Assembly: GCF_964204645.1 (NCBI RefSeq)
Contig: NC_134035.1
Location: forward strand, 11,688,451 to 11,752,450
DNA from: Tubulanus polymorphus
Taxonomy: Eukaryota; Animalia; Nemertea
DNA length: 64,000 nucleotides
Direction: 5' to 3'
Below are positions 10,555 to 23,486 of this stretch, one piece after another. Position 1 is the first letter of the stretch. Every line of letters starts with the position of its first letter. The notes beneath the pieces were generated by a model. That model ran no database searches. It was not told where the DNA came from and worked only from the letters and a program-made list of their open reading frames with translations. A program made the position numbers and the translations under genes.

Positions 10555-13214
10555 ATGTCGCGATCAGTACTGTTCCTGATCGTTGGTTTAGCCGCCGGAT
10601 GCAATGGCCTTTTCTTCGGACGTAAGTGTAATACACTGTAATATACCCTTAGCATGGTGATGCTTATCGCCACTAATCGACTGATATCAATGCCAAAACT
10701 TTTGCGTTCGTGTTTTTGCAGGTCGTAATCCAGATTGGGACAATTTAAAAGGTAATTTGATCCATCGATATAACAGTATTGTCTCTAATTAGTTAAATAA
10801 GCTATTATCCACTACATCATCAACATCTTGCGTTCTTGGGTTACGCAATGATCGAGAATCTTAACCTTATGAACTCTGTTCCGCGACTATGAGTATACGT
10901 ATCTCCAACTCTTACCATCTATTCTTCAATGTGACAAAAAAACATCAAGAACCCTCTTTGACTTGTGTCGTAAAGTTCTTCAATTACTTTTTCTGCAACT
11001 TCTAAGACTTGCACCCGAAACAATTCATATGTCATGTAAATATTTGAAGCATATTTCACCTGTTTGTGTATCTGCAAAATCAGTATATTTGTGACGATCT
11101 CATGTTCTCACATTGATTTACGTTGATTTTAGTAACATGGGGTATCAACCCGTTGACCAGTTTTAAATCTCAACCACGAACTATCGACGACGCCAAATCG
11201 GAAGGCTACACGACCACTGATGGAGACGCTTGTAAATCAAGTCGGTAGAAAAAAACCGTGCCATAAAATTCGTGCTTTAACTTTCGATTTTTCTTGTTTG
11301 AAATATGATCGTTTCTTTTTACTAGACGGTTATCTTATAGACCATAAATATTTTCTTAATTTGTGCGTCAATAGTCGATCGATTTCATTCGTGGAAAAAT
11401 AGCGAATAACGTTTAGAATTACAGGGTGTGATATCTCTCCCTTTTTATTTTCACTTTCCAAGATGGCACTTATCGTGGCGTGCGATATTTCCTAAATAAT
11501 GACCCGGCGCTTATGCTGCTGTTTGACAAAAACGGTTTCATCGCTGGCATCCAATCAGGGGTAAGTCTATGAACAATTAGAATAATTTTTCTTTTCTTCT
11601 TTGTGATACGAAAACCCTAAATCGATGATATTTATAATGTTCTTTTATTGTTAGATTGGTTATTATCCGACAGTTTCTGAATTTATTTAAATCCCGAAAT
11701 TTTTCGATAATAATTCATCTTCTACACTGAAGGGGATTACATAACTTATTATTTGTAATAATTTATTTAATATCAAGAGAATCTCTGTATCGTGGTTCTA
11801 AATGAATTTTTCAGCATGCGGATTTCTATATTTATCCATAGGTTCCCAAAAACAGTGATCCGGTGTTTCCATCGCCTCAACTGAAATTCAAAGGCATGCT
11901 GGTCGAAGAGTCTGACAAATACACTCAAACCTTCTATTTCACTCATCCAGGTACGTCATGAAACATGCGGCCATTTTCGTCCAATGAAAATAAATTAAAA
12001 TCGTATGTTTGAATATAGAAGTCAGATTTCCGTTATCGCCCACATCTTTTCAAAACTTTCACAATTTACGAGTTATCAAAATACAAAGTAATCAATTCGT
12101 GAACATGAACAATACATCGGAAGCAAAATTGAAAGCGTCTATCAAAAACCACTTTGATTACATAACTTTCTGCAATGAGATTAGGAGGACTTAATTCTTT
12201 TGCAGATAAAATTTGTAGTACAGGCAGAACGCAGGCGGAATTTGATAGGGATGGAACCGGCAAAACTCTATTCATGCAGATGGGTCCCAATCCGTCGACT
12301 AACTTGATGCTAATTCCATACCTTCAAGCGGATATGGACAGAACTCAATGGACGAAGGGAAAATGTTTCGTATCGATGGGTATGGACACGTATCTTTTCC
12401 CATTCTTGAAACTTGAATACTTTTCATTTAAATCTAAATCGATGCGGGGAATTTCCCACATCACCCCGTATTTTTACGCATCCCTATCTTTCCACATGAT
12501 GAATCGAGATATATTTCTAACACGTTTAGGTATGCATTACTGGTACGACATCTCAACCGATATGAACTGCGATAACTTCTTACCAGCTTTCATGCTGTAC
12601 AACAAGGGACGACTGAACGGATTTGGATTCGCGTTCAACACTGATATAAAATCGTCGAGATATGAACACCCGTCGCGGTCGGTATTCGGGGTAAGCGGGC
12701 TATATATGATTCCATTCTCCCTCGGCAGGGATTCGAACCTGATTGCATTGAAACTGCCTGCCTAATTAGCCCGAATACGCACAGCTCAAATGATGGCATT
12801 CTTTATACCGAATCATAACTTACGTTTCATTTTAGCCCGGGTTTTTCCATTTATAGTTTATCTGTGAAATACATGTATGCCCCTGCAATTACAACAGGCA
12901 ATCTGGTTGGCCGCGTCGTTTGCGTGCGGCTAATCTGCGCATGAAGGTGCGCACTCGGGCTAATCAGGCAGGGGTTCCTACACCGTGTCTGAATCTCGCA
13001 ATGTCATCAGCTCCGAATCCGTGGCCGAGGAGGATGTCGGCTGATTCGGGAATCCAAAAAGGTTTGTCTCAGCGTTTTCAATATTAACGATTTATTTCGT
13101 GATTTTCAGCGCTTTTTAAAACCTGTTCCTCAGTGTTTATACGACAGAGCTAAGAATGGATTCACAACAATGCACGTCTATTTGGATTCGTGGCCGCGGT
13201 TGAACTCGTGCTAG
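10555..13214 (+). CDS. Uncharacterised secreted protein, tandem copy 1 (283 aa); exons 10555-10621, 10722-10751, 11133-11240, 11463-11560, 11842-11950, 12206-12379, 12530-12690, 13110-13214
   Basis: Signal peptide MSRSVLFLIVGLAAGCNG. Eight GT-AG exons give an uninterrupted 852-nt CDS with motifs WDNLKVTWG, LLFDKNGFIAGIQ, KCFVSMGMHYW, RYEHP, PVPQCL and TTMHVY. The exon structure is conserved in the two paralogs. Confidence 0.88.
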
Positions 13215-13357
13215 AGACCGCAGTGAGCTGTGTATCAGCAAAAATCGGCAGACATGGTTTGAGAATCTAAATATACTTGTTTTCATGTTTTCTAGTTAGA
13301 TTTTCGTATTGAGGTCGATAATATATATTGATAATTAGAGCTTATGCAATTTAGACC

Positions 13358-13391
<34 letters not shown>

Positions 13392-14228
13392 ATCAGACCA
13401 TATATACTATAATCAATTCATAATTGTTTGATCTTTAATCTAATTCATAATTGCTAATGTACAAAATGAAAATAAATTATTCCTTATGAAACTGTGTTTT
13501 ACAGTTGTTGTTTTAGTTATGCTATTTGTTTCGAGGATTGATCTCCCATGCGCCTCAATATCTGCCTCTTTTCTAACACACTAATGCATTCACGTGCTGC
13601 CTGTGATAAACACGTGCGAATTTCATAGTTTATCAAGAGGCAGCGAAGTGAAATAAGTGAACTTGAACTTGAATTTGGTGAATACGAATACGCACGTATC
13701 AAACATGCGAGATTTAGAAAAAAATCAATTAAAAAAAACACATAGAAAGACGATCTCTGGACATGAAAGTGCCCTTCGTGATGTGACACAAATCAACCCC
13801 TGGATCATTCCATCCACGATGGGCCAGAAATTCGCGTATTATTGTCGAATGAATATGGCCATTGAGACTAAAAGACGGTTTATTGGATTCAAGGAATTTT
13901 AAAATTACCCGTTTTAGGAAAAGCCTTTTTTCTAAGGTGTACAAAGATTGAGACTTCGATACAAATGATAAAACATTGCGGACCCGTGTTGGTGATTAAG
14001 ACCTTATCGCGCCGGTGACTACGATACAAATTTGAACGGCGGAAACGAGATCGCGGTAATGTACGTAAAATTGCTTGCCCTTTTTAGATAGCGTCAACAG
14101 CTTGATTTATCACAATCGGAAATTTATTTCGCAACTTTTTTATACATACGAAAGTTAATATATTTCAGAGGGATGTATGAAAACGCCATATTGAAGTGAT
14201 TAACTAACGCAGGATAAATCAGAGCAAA

Positions 14229-16790
14229 ATGTCGCGATTATCACTGTTCGTGATCGTTGGTTTAGTCGCCGGAAGCAATGGCTTCTTTTTTGGGCGTAAG
14301 TGTGAATCATATACTTAACTTTGAAAATTAGTGCAATTTTGGACTCTATATTTCACCTCTTATCGAAGATATTTGACTGATATTCGACTTCTGTCAATGC
14401 CAAAACATTTCCATTCGTGTTTTGCAGATCGTAATCCAGATTGGGACAATTTAAAAGGTAATTTGATCCATCGATATAACAGTATTGTCTCTAATTTGTT
14501 ATTCGTTAATTGTCCACTGCTGTAGCAGCAGTTTACCGGCGTTCATGGGCTACGCAATGATTGAGAATCTTAACCTTATGAACTCTGTTCCACGACTATG
14601 AGTGTATCTCTTACCATCTTTTCTTCGATGTAACAAAAAAAAACACACCAAGAACCCTTTTCTATTGTATCTTAAGTTCTTCAATTACTTTTTCTGCAAC
14701 TTCTAAGACTTGCACCCGAAACAATTCATATTATTGAAGATTATGTGAAGCATATTTCATCTGTGTGTATCTGCAAAATCAGGATATTTTGTGACCATGT
14801 TTTCACATTGATTTACGTTGATTTTAGTAACATGGGGTATCAACCCGTTGACCAGTTTTAAATCTCAACCACGAACTATCGACGACGCCAAGTCGGAAGG
14901 CTACACGACGACTGATGGAGACGCTTGTAAATCAGGTCGGTAGATGAACCGTGACGTGAAATTCGTGTTAGTTTTAAGTAAAACACGAAGCTTTGAAAAT
15001 GAATTTTCACTCTTAAGAACCAAACACAACTGACAACTATAGAACTGGACCCAGCGTAAGGTGTGAATAATCGGCTGAAAATCTGACATATGTTTTAAAC
15101 GGAATTTTCAAGTAAAACATCGAAAGCATTTATCAATATATAATCGTTTAAACTTACCAGACGGTTAATTTGTAGACCAAAAATACATTCTTATTTTGTG
15201 CTTTTAAGTATTTGAGCATTCCAAAATTTAGAAAATGGCGAATAACATAATATCTATCCTGTTTTTTTTTCATTTTCACTTTCCAAGATGGCGCTTATCG
15301 TGGTGTGCGTTATATCATGAATGGCGACCCGGCGCTTATGTTGCTGTTTGACAAAAACGGTTTCATAGCTGGCATCCAATCAGGGGTAAGTGTTTAGCAA
15401 TAAGAATTATTTTTGTTTTTATTTCTTTTCAAAAAAGTGTCATCACAAATACATAAGTGCAGAAAGGTACATGAATGTATTTCTTCACTATAAATGTATA
15501 TACCTTTCGAATTCCACAAGATCTCAATTTTAGAATGGTTCATTGTCCGGCAGTTTCGGAATTTATTTGAATCCTGAAATTTTTAGATGATAAATAATTT
15601 TCTACACTGAGAAAACACGACTTATGATATTATGACTTCGTATTTCGTGAAGTTCTCTGTATCCTGGTTGTAAATGAATTTGTCAGCACGAAGATTCCTA
15701 TATTTATCCATAGGTTCCCAAAAACAGTGATCCGGTGTTTCCATCGCCTCAACTGAAATTCAAAGGCATGCTGGTCGAAGAGTCTGACAAATACACTCAA
15801 ACCTTCTATTTCACTCATCCAGGTATGCCATGAAACATGCGGCCATTTCCGTCCAATAAAAACAAAGTAAAATCGTATGTTTGCATATCGAAATCAGATT
15901 CCCGTTTTCGCCCAAATTCTCTCACTATAGCTTGAAAACGTCCATCAAAAACCACTTTGATTACATAACCTTCTGCAACAAGATGAAGAGAATGTACTTA
16001 ATTCTTTTGCAGACACAATTTGCAGCACAGGCAGAACGCGGGCGGATTACGATCGAGATGGAACCGGCAAAACTCTATTCATGCAGATGGGTCCCAATCC
16101 ATCGACTGACCTGAAGCAAATTCCGTACCTTCAAGCGGATATGGACAAAACTCAATGGACGAAGGGAAAATGTTTCATTTCGATGGGTATGATCGCTTAT
16201 CTTTTTGCCCGACCAATGCTCTGTTTCAAAAGCCATCTTAAGCAAATTTCTCAAACAATTTTCAACATTTTTCATTTAAATCTAAATCGATTCTAGGGAA
16301 TTTTCCATTTCCCCCTTTATTGATACATGATATTTCTAACATGTTTAGGCATGCATTACTGGTACGACATCTCAACCGATATGAACTGCGATAACTTCTT
16401 ACCAGCTTTCATACTGTACAACAAGGGACGACTGAACGGATTTGGATTCGCGTTCAACACTGATATAAAATCTTCGAGATACGAACACCCTTCTTCGTTG
16501 GTATTTGGGGTAAGAGTGGTCTATATCATGATAGCCTACATTTCGATAGCCAACATTTCGACGGATACCCTTCTCCCTCGGCAGGGATCATAAATCCCGT
16601 TTCGTCCGAGTACTATGTCGGCTGATTCAGGTATCCAATGTTTTTGCTCAGTGCTTTTGATATCAACGTGTTTCGTGTTTTTCAGCGGTTTTTAAAACCT
16701 GTTCCTCAGTGTCTATACGACAGAGCTAAGAATGGTTTCACAACGATGCACGTCTATTTGGATTCGTGGCCTCAGTTGAACATGTGCTAG
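14229..16790 (+). CDS. Uncharacterised secreted protein, tandem copy 2; exons 14229-14295, 14428-14457, 14828-14935, 15288-15385, 15714-15822, 16013-16186, 16349-16509, 16686-16790
   Basis: Exon lengths match copy 1 exactly, exon sequences are near-identical, introns and promoter are alignable, and the frame is intact. Confidence 0.88.
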
Positions 16791-17715
16791 AAACCTATAT
16801 GAGGTGTAACGATACCATCAACTGTAATCAATTCATATCTAATCTAATTCATGATTTTAGTTTTTTTAATCGAGAAGTGATATACAAACATTAAAATGAA
16901 TTATTCTGCAAACTGTGTTTTAGCTTGGTTGTTTAAGTTATATGCTATTCGTTTCGAGGATTGATACCATGCTGATCAAAATATGCCTTCTTTCAACCGC
17001 ACGCATTGACTAATATAAATTTAAGATGCAATTACTCTGTTTTGGCTTTACGTCACTTGAAAGGCAGAAAAGGCAGTTCTATTGGATAGATATTATGTTT
17101 GCAAAAAGGGTACTTTTCCAAAAAATTCTGCAGGCATGGCCTACGTACGGCGAGTCAGTCTCCGAACCGGATTCGCGAGAATGTGTCAACCTTGGTCTCC
17201 CGAAATCGACCAAATTATTTCTCTCTATCACAAACTACGGTCGTCTTGAATGCTGGAGTTCCCCCTGTATACGATTATGCAGCGCATCGCGATTTCTAAT
17301 ATCATTAAACCGGTTCAAATAGTCACAGGGGGACACGCGGTTCAATCAAAGGAAGATGAACATGTTTTACAGTGGTATCGAATGAATTCATTGAAGACTA
17401 ATTGTTACTGTAAAAACTACGATTAGTTTTGAATTTTAGCACTCTTCACTCCGATACTAACTGGCCTTGTAATTTACCAATATCTATCATACGTAGACTC
17501 TGAATGTATATGTACCGAGCGAATGGTTTTTATTCTGTAGTTCTGTTTGTGTATCGATACGTGAGATTTATTGCTTGTAGGTTCGTTGCTGATTAGGCCC
17601 TGTTTGAATTAGATACCACCAATCGCGACAGATATCATCGTAGTCTGCAAAGTATATAAATACAGGAAAATGATAAAAATATCGAAATCATTTCAGAATG
17701 AATCAGTGCAAACAT

Positions 17716-19534
17716 ATGTCGCAATTTTTGTCGTTCTTGATAATTTGTTTAGCCACCGCGGGCTGCAGTGCCTTGTTTTTTGGACGTAAGTAATCTGCCA
17801 TTTGCTTAATTACGTCATCATTTGAAGAAAATCAACTGGCAGTGCTATCATCAAACGCATTTTCTTATTTTGCAGCTAAGCCGGAGTGGGACGCCTTGAA
17901 AGGTGATTCAGTGAACGTTCAGTAAATCAATACGTAAAAGCAAAGAAAGTGTCTGCGACAAGAGTCTAGCTTTTAGAGAGAACCTTTATCTCAGAAAATA
18001 TTTGGTTTATAGAAAAAAAAATGAGAATATTTATTTCTTAAAAATTTCGAGGTTAAAAAAACCCAAGAAATCGCTTTTAACTGAGAACACTGGCTTATTC
18101 CCAATTACAAACTCGGAATATACCTCCAATAATCACTTTCAATTGGAAAAAACTAGTTTATTCCGATTTACAAACTCGTGACCAACCTCGAAAATTACTC
18201 TGGTCCCGATGATGCTTCCGAAATGAAATCATAACAAGAATGCATGAATTCAATGAGGCTGATTCAGGAATTGAATCAGTCAACATTTAGATACGAAGAC
18301 CGTGCGTGATCTGATGTTTTTACAATGCTATATTTTTGTAATTGTAGTAAGATGGGGTATCAATCCGTTGACGAGTTTTAAGAATCAGCCTCGAACGATC
18401 GACGACGCCAAGTCGGAAGGCTACACGGCGACTGACGGAGACGCTTGTAAATCAGGTCGGTATAAAGTTTCCATGTAACGATGTAATTCTGAATATTCGT
18501 ACGTAATTAGAGTAAAAAGAGTCATTCGATAACCTCTGGGCCGATGTTGCGCTAGACTTATCATCCTCTTCTGTGCATAGAAAAACACTTTTAAATCGTA
18601 ACGAATGTGAAATTATAATAAGTGATTTGAATATACATATAGATCTCTAATGGGAGATGAAATGATTTTTATTTTTGCTTAAAAGATGGTGCTTATCGTG
18701 GTGTGCGTTATATCATGAATGATGACCCGGCACTTATGCTGCTGTTTGACAGAAACGGTTTCATCGCCGGCATCCAATCAGCGGTAAGTAATTTTACATC
18801 GGGATAAACACGAAAGACTCCGGGATCCAGTTCTACAGTTGTGAGTTGAGTATAGAGTTAAAACATTGAAAATGAACTGATTCTAAATCAGATTCTAAAC
18901 TCGCAACTGTGAAACGGGGCTCAGGGTTCAGCGTTTATAGAATAGTGGGTTTAAAGTTACCGCACGTAAAACTGATCTATAGAATTAGACTCGAATCCGT
19001 CATCTAATGCGTTTTGTGCGTGCAAAGTGATTAGGCGCGTCTTTTTTTCTTTCAGGTTGAGCTTGTTCTCATAAACCTTTTCGGTTTCAGCAAACTTCCA
19101 GCACACACTCTTTTACTTTAAATCAGTTTTTGTACTTGATCAGATAATCTGTTGTGGTTTATCTAGGACATGAAGCATATGCCTATCATCTATCTGATCG
19201 GTGGAAAATTACAAGTCTTTTATTAATTTATTTTACACTCAAAATCATTACAGGTATTAGAGGGACAACACAAAATCAGCTGGGCCCTCCAGTACCGCCC
19301 TCTTTTATGTGCTCCGATAATTATCTATCAGGCCGTGATGTATTTTCATAGTTACCTAAAGACAAGTCGCTGAACTTTCCGACGCCTCAATTGAAATTCA
19401 AGGGAATGCTGCACGAAGAATCTAACAAGTACACAGAGACATTCTATTTCACTCACCCGGGTACGTAGCGAAAAGAAAATTCCATAATTCCAACGCCCGG
19501 GTTTTAACCGATATGAAATCTGGTAAATATATAT

Positions 19535-19601
<67 letters not shown>

Positions 19602-22006
19602 CCCTTTTGTGTTCTTGCTCTATTCCTATATGTTTAGAACGCGCTCGGTACTTGGTGAAAAATTAGAAATGAAAGAAGTTCACGAACCTCTTAAACAACC
19701 TTAAAATTGATGATTATTTTTTTCAATCTTTTAAACAATTCATTAAGTTCCAGCTGCATTGCTTGATAACGACTTATGACTACGAGAAACGGGCACACAG
19801 GAAATTGAAATCAGTTCATTTTCAACCCGCCCCAATCTAACTATTATAGTTAAGATTCTGAAATTTAGAACGCGGGATCTCGGATATTAGGCCTAAATAA
19901 AATTTCATTCGCGGTAGTAGTTAATCTTGTCGGTATGGGTTATCATCGATTTAAGATACGATAATTTTTTTCTTATCGTTGAGTTCGAGGGAGTTCAAAA
20001 CTGATAAATCGTCACCCACCGGGCTCGCTGCACCGATTCACATCCGGCGCACGTGCCGAACACTAAGTACAGAGTTATGATAACAATCTTTACTCAAAAA
20101 CGATCAATCAAATGAAAATATCATACCATGTCTGACGATTTATCGCTAAATGTAGAACAAAACCAACGAAACGGATTGCGGTACTTTATAGGTTAACTAT
20201 TTATTTGACGCACGAGCTTTCGCTACTAATGAATAGAAGCTTCATCACTCATTCACCCGATGAGGCTTCTATACATTAGTAGCGAAAGCTCGTGCGTCAA
20301 ATAAACCAGTTCAACTTTAAAGTACTTGTCGCCAATATTACGCAATATAGATACGTTATTTCCAAGGCGTCAATTAACTTTCAAGTTAAATTCTTATCGC
20401 CCTCTCCAAGAAGGTGACGATGAAATTGATTGGTGTTTTTGAAGCAATTCTACACACCTAGAACTTCCAATTAATTCTTTGAATTCCTTAAGTAATTCTG
20501 GTTCATATTATTCTCACTTTACTAGAATATGAGGTTTATTGAAATTTTTGAAATTGAAATTTATTTTCATTACGATGTTACATTATTGAACGATATAATA
20601 AGTATGATTAGACGAAGAAAAATGTAACAGGATAATGGGGCTACACGGAGAGACTGAAACAGTCTATCTAAGCCGTATCACCCAGAAGCATCCACGACAC
20701 ATTCATCACACTCACACATCATGCACACAAGTAATTAACAGGCGAAATGAAAAATAAAGTTTCACATATTACACATTAACATAGGTTTGTATAGAATGAA
20801 AATTTACAAAGTGTTGAATAATGATTTAATGTAGGTACGCTTAAAGGCACAAGGGCTTGTCGCGTTGCATCAATTTATGGATGTAGCATAAATGGCCAGA
20901 ACTTATATCATGTAGTGCTGTGGTCTGTTGTCTGTGGTCGTTGGTAGCATTTGGCGGATGTGAAAAACAACTTTGATTTTTTTTTGCAGATAAGATATGC
21001 AGCGAAGGTAGAACGCAGGCCGAGTTCGACAGAGATGGTACCGGGAGAAGCCTATTCTTACAGTCGGGTCCTAATCCGTCGACGGACCTGATACAGATTC
21101 CGAACAGTCAAGCGGACATGGACAAAACTAAATGGACGCAAACGAAATGTTTCTATACAATGGGTATTGTACTGAATATAGTATAATGTACAATTAGAGA
21201 AAATTTTCAAAAGAACCATTCCTTGGAATTATCTTGAAATTGATATGAGGAGACTCATTTAAAAAACCAACCGAAATCATTTCTGGCTACATAGCCATCT
21301 TATATCCCATCTTTGGACTTTTTATAAGTCATGATTGAACCCCGACCTTGATACGTTCGCACTTTCATTGTTGGATTTTAAAAATACTATCGTTAATACG
21401 GTACTTAATCTACGCGTTTCTATTTCTCACATTTAAGTAGCCATTCTGCAGATATATGTTTTATGTTTATGTGTTCGTATTTTAGGTATGCATTACTGGT
21501 ACAACCTGACCGCCGATATGAACTGCGATAACATACTACCGGCTTTTGCTATTTACAATAAGGGACGACTGAACGCGTTCGGGTTCGCATTCGGCACTTA
21601 CGTAGAATCGTCACGATACGAACACCCGCCGCAGAGGGTTTTCGAGGTAAGCCGTGTGTCCCGGCCGATTTGGTCCAACCATGGACGTATAACTAGTTCA
21701 TACGTCCATGGTTCAACTATGGGCCTCTCCTGGAAAGATTTTTTCCCCTAGTACGGAGTCTATGACGAATTCGTTCTAGATTTCGTGTCTCTCTTTAACA
21801 AATAGCGAATGCTCGCTATTAAATAAGATCGAACTCCTCTCTTATTCTGTAGATAAGTAATTCTTCGGTGCTTAACGTTGTTTCATATTTTTCAGCGATT
21901 TCTTAAGCCCGTTCCGCAATGTTTATACGAACAGGCTACTCGTAATGGCGGACTGACAACGATGCACGTGTTTTTGAGTTCATGGCCGCTGTTGAACCGT
22001 TGCTAG
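17716..22006 (+). CDS. Uncharacterised secreted protein, tandem copy 3 (more diverged); exons 17716-17785, 17876-17902, 18348-18455, 18686-18783, 19352-19460, 20990-21163, 21486-21646, 21896-22006 (upstream in-frame ATG at 17698)
   Basis: Same 8-exon phase pattern, with motifs EWDALKVRWGINPL, MGMHYWY, RYEHP and LTTMHVF. Introns do not align to copies 1 and 2. Confidence 0.87.
18822..18922. mobile_element. ~100-bp MITE family (related copy at about 43688-43782)
   Basis: Imperfect TIRs GGGATCCAGTTCTACAGTTG...CAACTGTGAAACGGGGC. A similar element, GGATCCAGTTCCACGGTTGTGAGT...AACTGTGGAACAGGACC, lies in a PKHD1L1 intron. Confidence 0.55.
20181..20325. mobile_element. Fold-back element with two inverted degenerate minimal hammerhead cores (Penelope-like pLTR remnant)
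   Basis: Long inverted repeat. The + arm reads CAC-CCGATGA-GGCTTCTATACATTAGTAGC-GAAAGCTC-GTG and the - arm reads GTGATGA-AGCTTCTATTCATTAGTAGC-GAAAGCTC-GTG. Confidence 0.6.
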
Positions 22007-22490
22007 AGCACGCAGCGCGACAATATCCGATCCCCCGCGGCTGGTAGCGTTTGAAGTTTTCAAATAGATTATCGGTGTTTAAGCCAGCTAAGAATCATTG
22101 TAAAATATCCAATAATCAATTTATATTTGTTTGTTTTTCATTTGAATTTGGAAAATGAATTTGGTACCAAAAAAAAATTGTTAATGAAAAGCGCACAGAC
22201 TGCGCCAACCCGTGGAAAAATTTTGCCATTAGTCTCTTAGACTATTCGATTTATTCGCCATCAAGCCAAAACTGCCTTATTTCGACATCAGGAAAACTGG
22301 AAATACATAATACACATTACACAATTAATGCACACATACGGGCTACGTAACAAAATGTATTTAAATCTCTATGTTGTGGTAAATGTGATATATTTAGTGG
22401 AAGTGACGATAATGAGCATTCGCTGTGTGCATACCTCTACGACGTCGATACTCATGAACCCAACAATATTATGGACGATACTTAACTTAA

Positions 22491-23486
22491 CTAAGGGGTG
22501 AGATGAGACCTCGATCTATTTATTGTATTTTGCTTCTTGCAGCCGATCTTCGCACAAAAATATTTACGAATTTCTCGTCCCAGTAAAAGATATATGTAGA
22601 AATTTGCGACGTAGTTACATAATTGGAACTTAGTGAATACTTCATATAGAAATCCTCTGAGTCGTGAAGAGATAGGCAGGAATACAGTAAATGAGTTTGG
22701 CATTGTGAAAATAGCAAATGCGAGTGAAACTGTTACAAGCATTATCGTTGTACGTTTTGATTTCATTGTTTTCTTATGAGATGAAACCGCCTTTGAACCC
22801 ATGAATAAGCGAAATATTATTACAGAATTTGATGTAATAATCAAGGTTAGAGGTAGGAGAAAAGTGTGGCCAATGAATATAGCAAACAGTAGAAACTGAT
22901 CAGAAAACTCGGAGTAGAAACATCCGAAAAACTGGTCGGAAAAGTCCATAATTACTACGGGGTGAATACCTATAAACAATGCGTTTATCGTGAAAATGAT
23001 AACAACGACGCATCGAGCGAATCTCGGTGTACATATCAAACGAGATGTGAACGGGAAGAGCACAACTGCCGCACGTTCTAGAGATATAGCTACTATCAAC
23101 CACGAACTATTAGCAGCCACAGATGACATCAACGATTCGTAGATTTGACAACAGATCAGTGAATTCATTATATGTAATGGATCAGTTACGTGCAATAAGA
23201 CGAACTGCAAAACGGGCATCAGTGAAAAATTGATGCAAAATGTTAGATCACTGACGGACAAAACGATAAGATAGCTAGCGTAAGATAGATTGCGAAATCT
23301 GCAGCTTGTCATTATCAGGAATATTGCCGAATTTCCGAAAGCTCCTAACGTGAACAAGATAAGCACAATGACCAATGACACGGCACGGTAGCTTCCAGGC
23401 GTGGTCGCAACAGAAAAGAGAACGGTGTAACTGCTGTAAGGTCTCGCAACAATCTGTGTCTCGGTAGAATTCATCATTTCATTCAT
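22491..23486 (-). CDS. Intronless class A (rhodopsin-like) GPCR, orphan/chemoreceptor-like, copy 1 (331 aa)
   Basis: Seven hydrophobic segments, GN in TM1, LSVSD in TM2, C at the top of TM3, ISLERA (DRY-equivalent), P in TM5/TM6, NFYIY (NPxxY-equivalent). Confidence 0.92.
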   Translation of the reverse strand: MNEMMNSTETQIVARPYSSYTVLFSVATTPGSYRAVSLVIVLILFTLGAFGNSAIFLIMTSCRFRNLSYASYLIVLSVSDLTFCINFSLMPVLQFVLLHVTDPLHIMNSLICCQIYESLMSSVAANSSWLIVAISLERAAVVLFPFTSRLICTPRFARCVVVIIFTINALFIGIHPVVIMDFSDQFFGCFYSEFSDQFLLFAIFIGHTFLLPLTLIITSNSVIIFRLFMGSKAVSSHKKTMKSKRTTIMLVTVSLAFAIFTMPNSFTVFLPISSRLRGFLYEVFTKFQLCNYVANFYIYLLLGREIRKYFCAKIGCKKQNTINRSRSHLTP

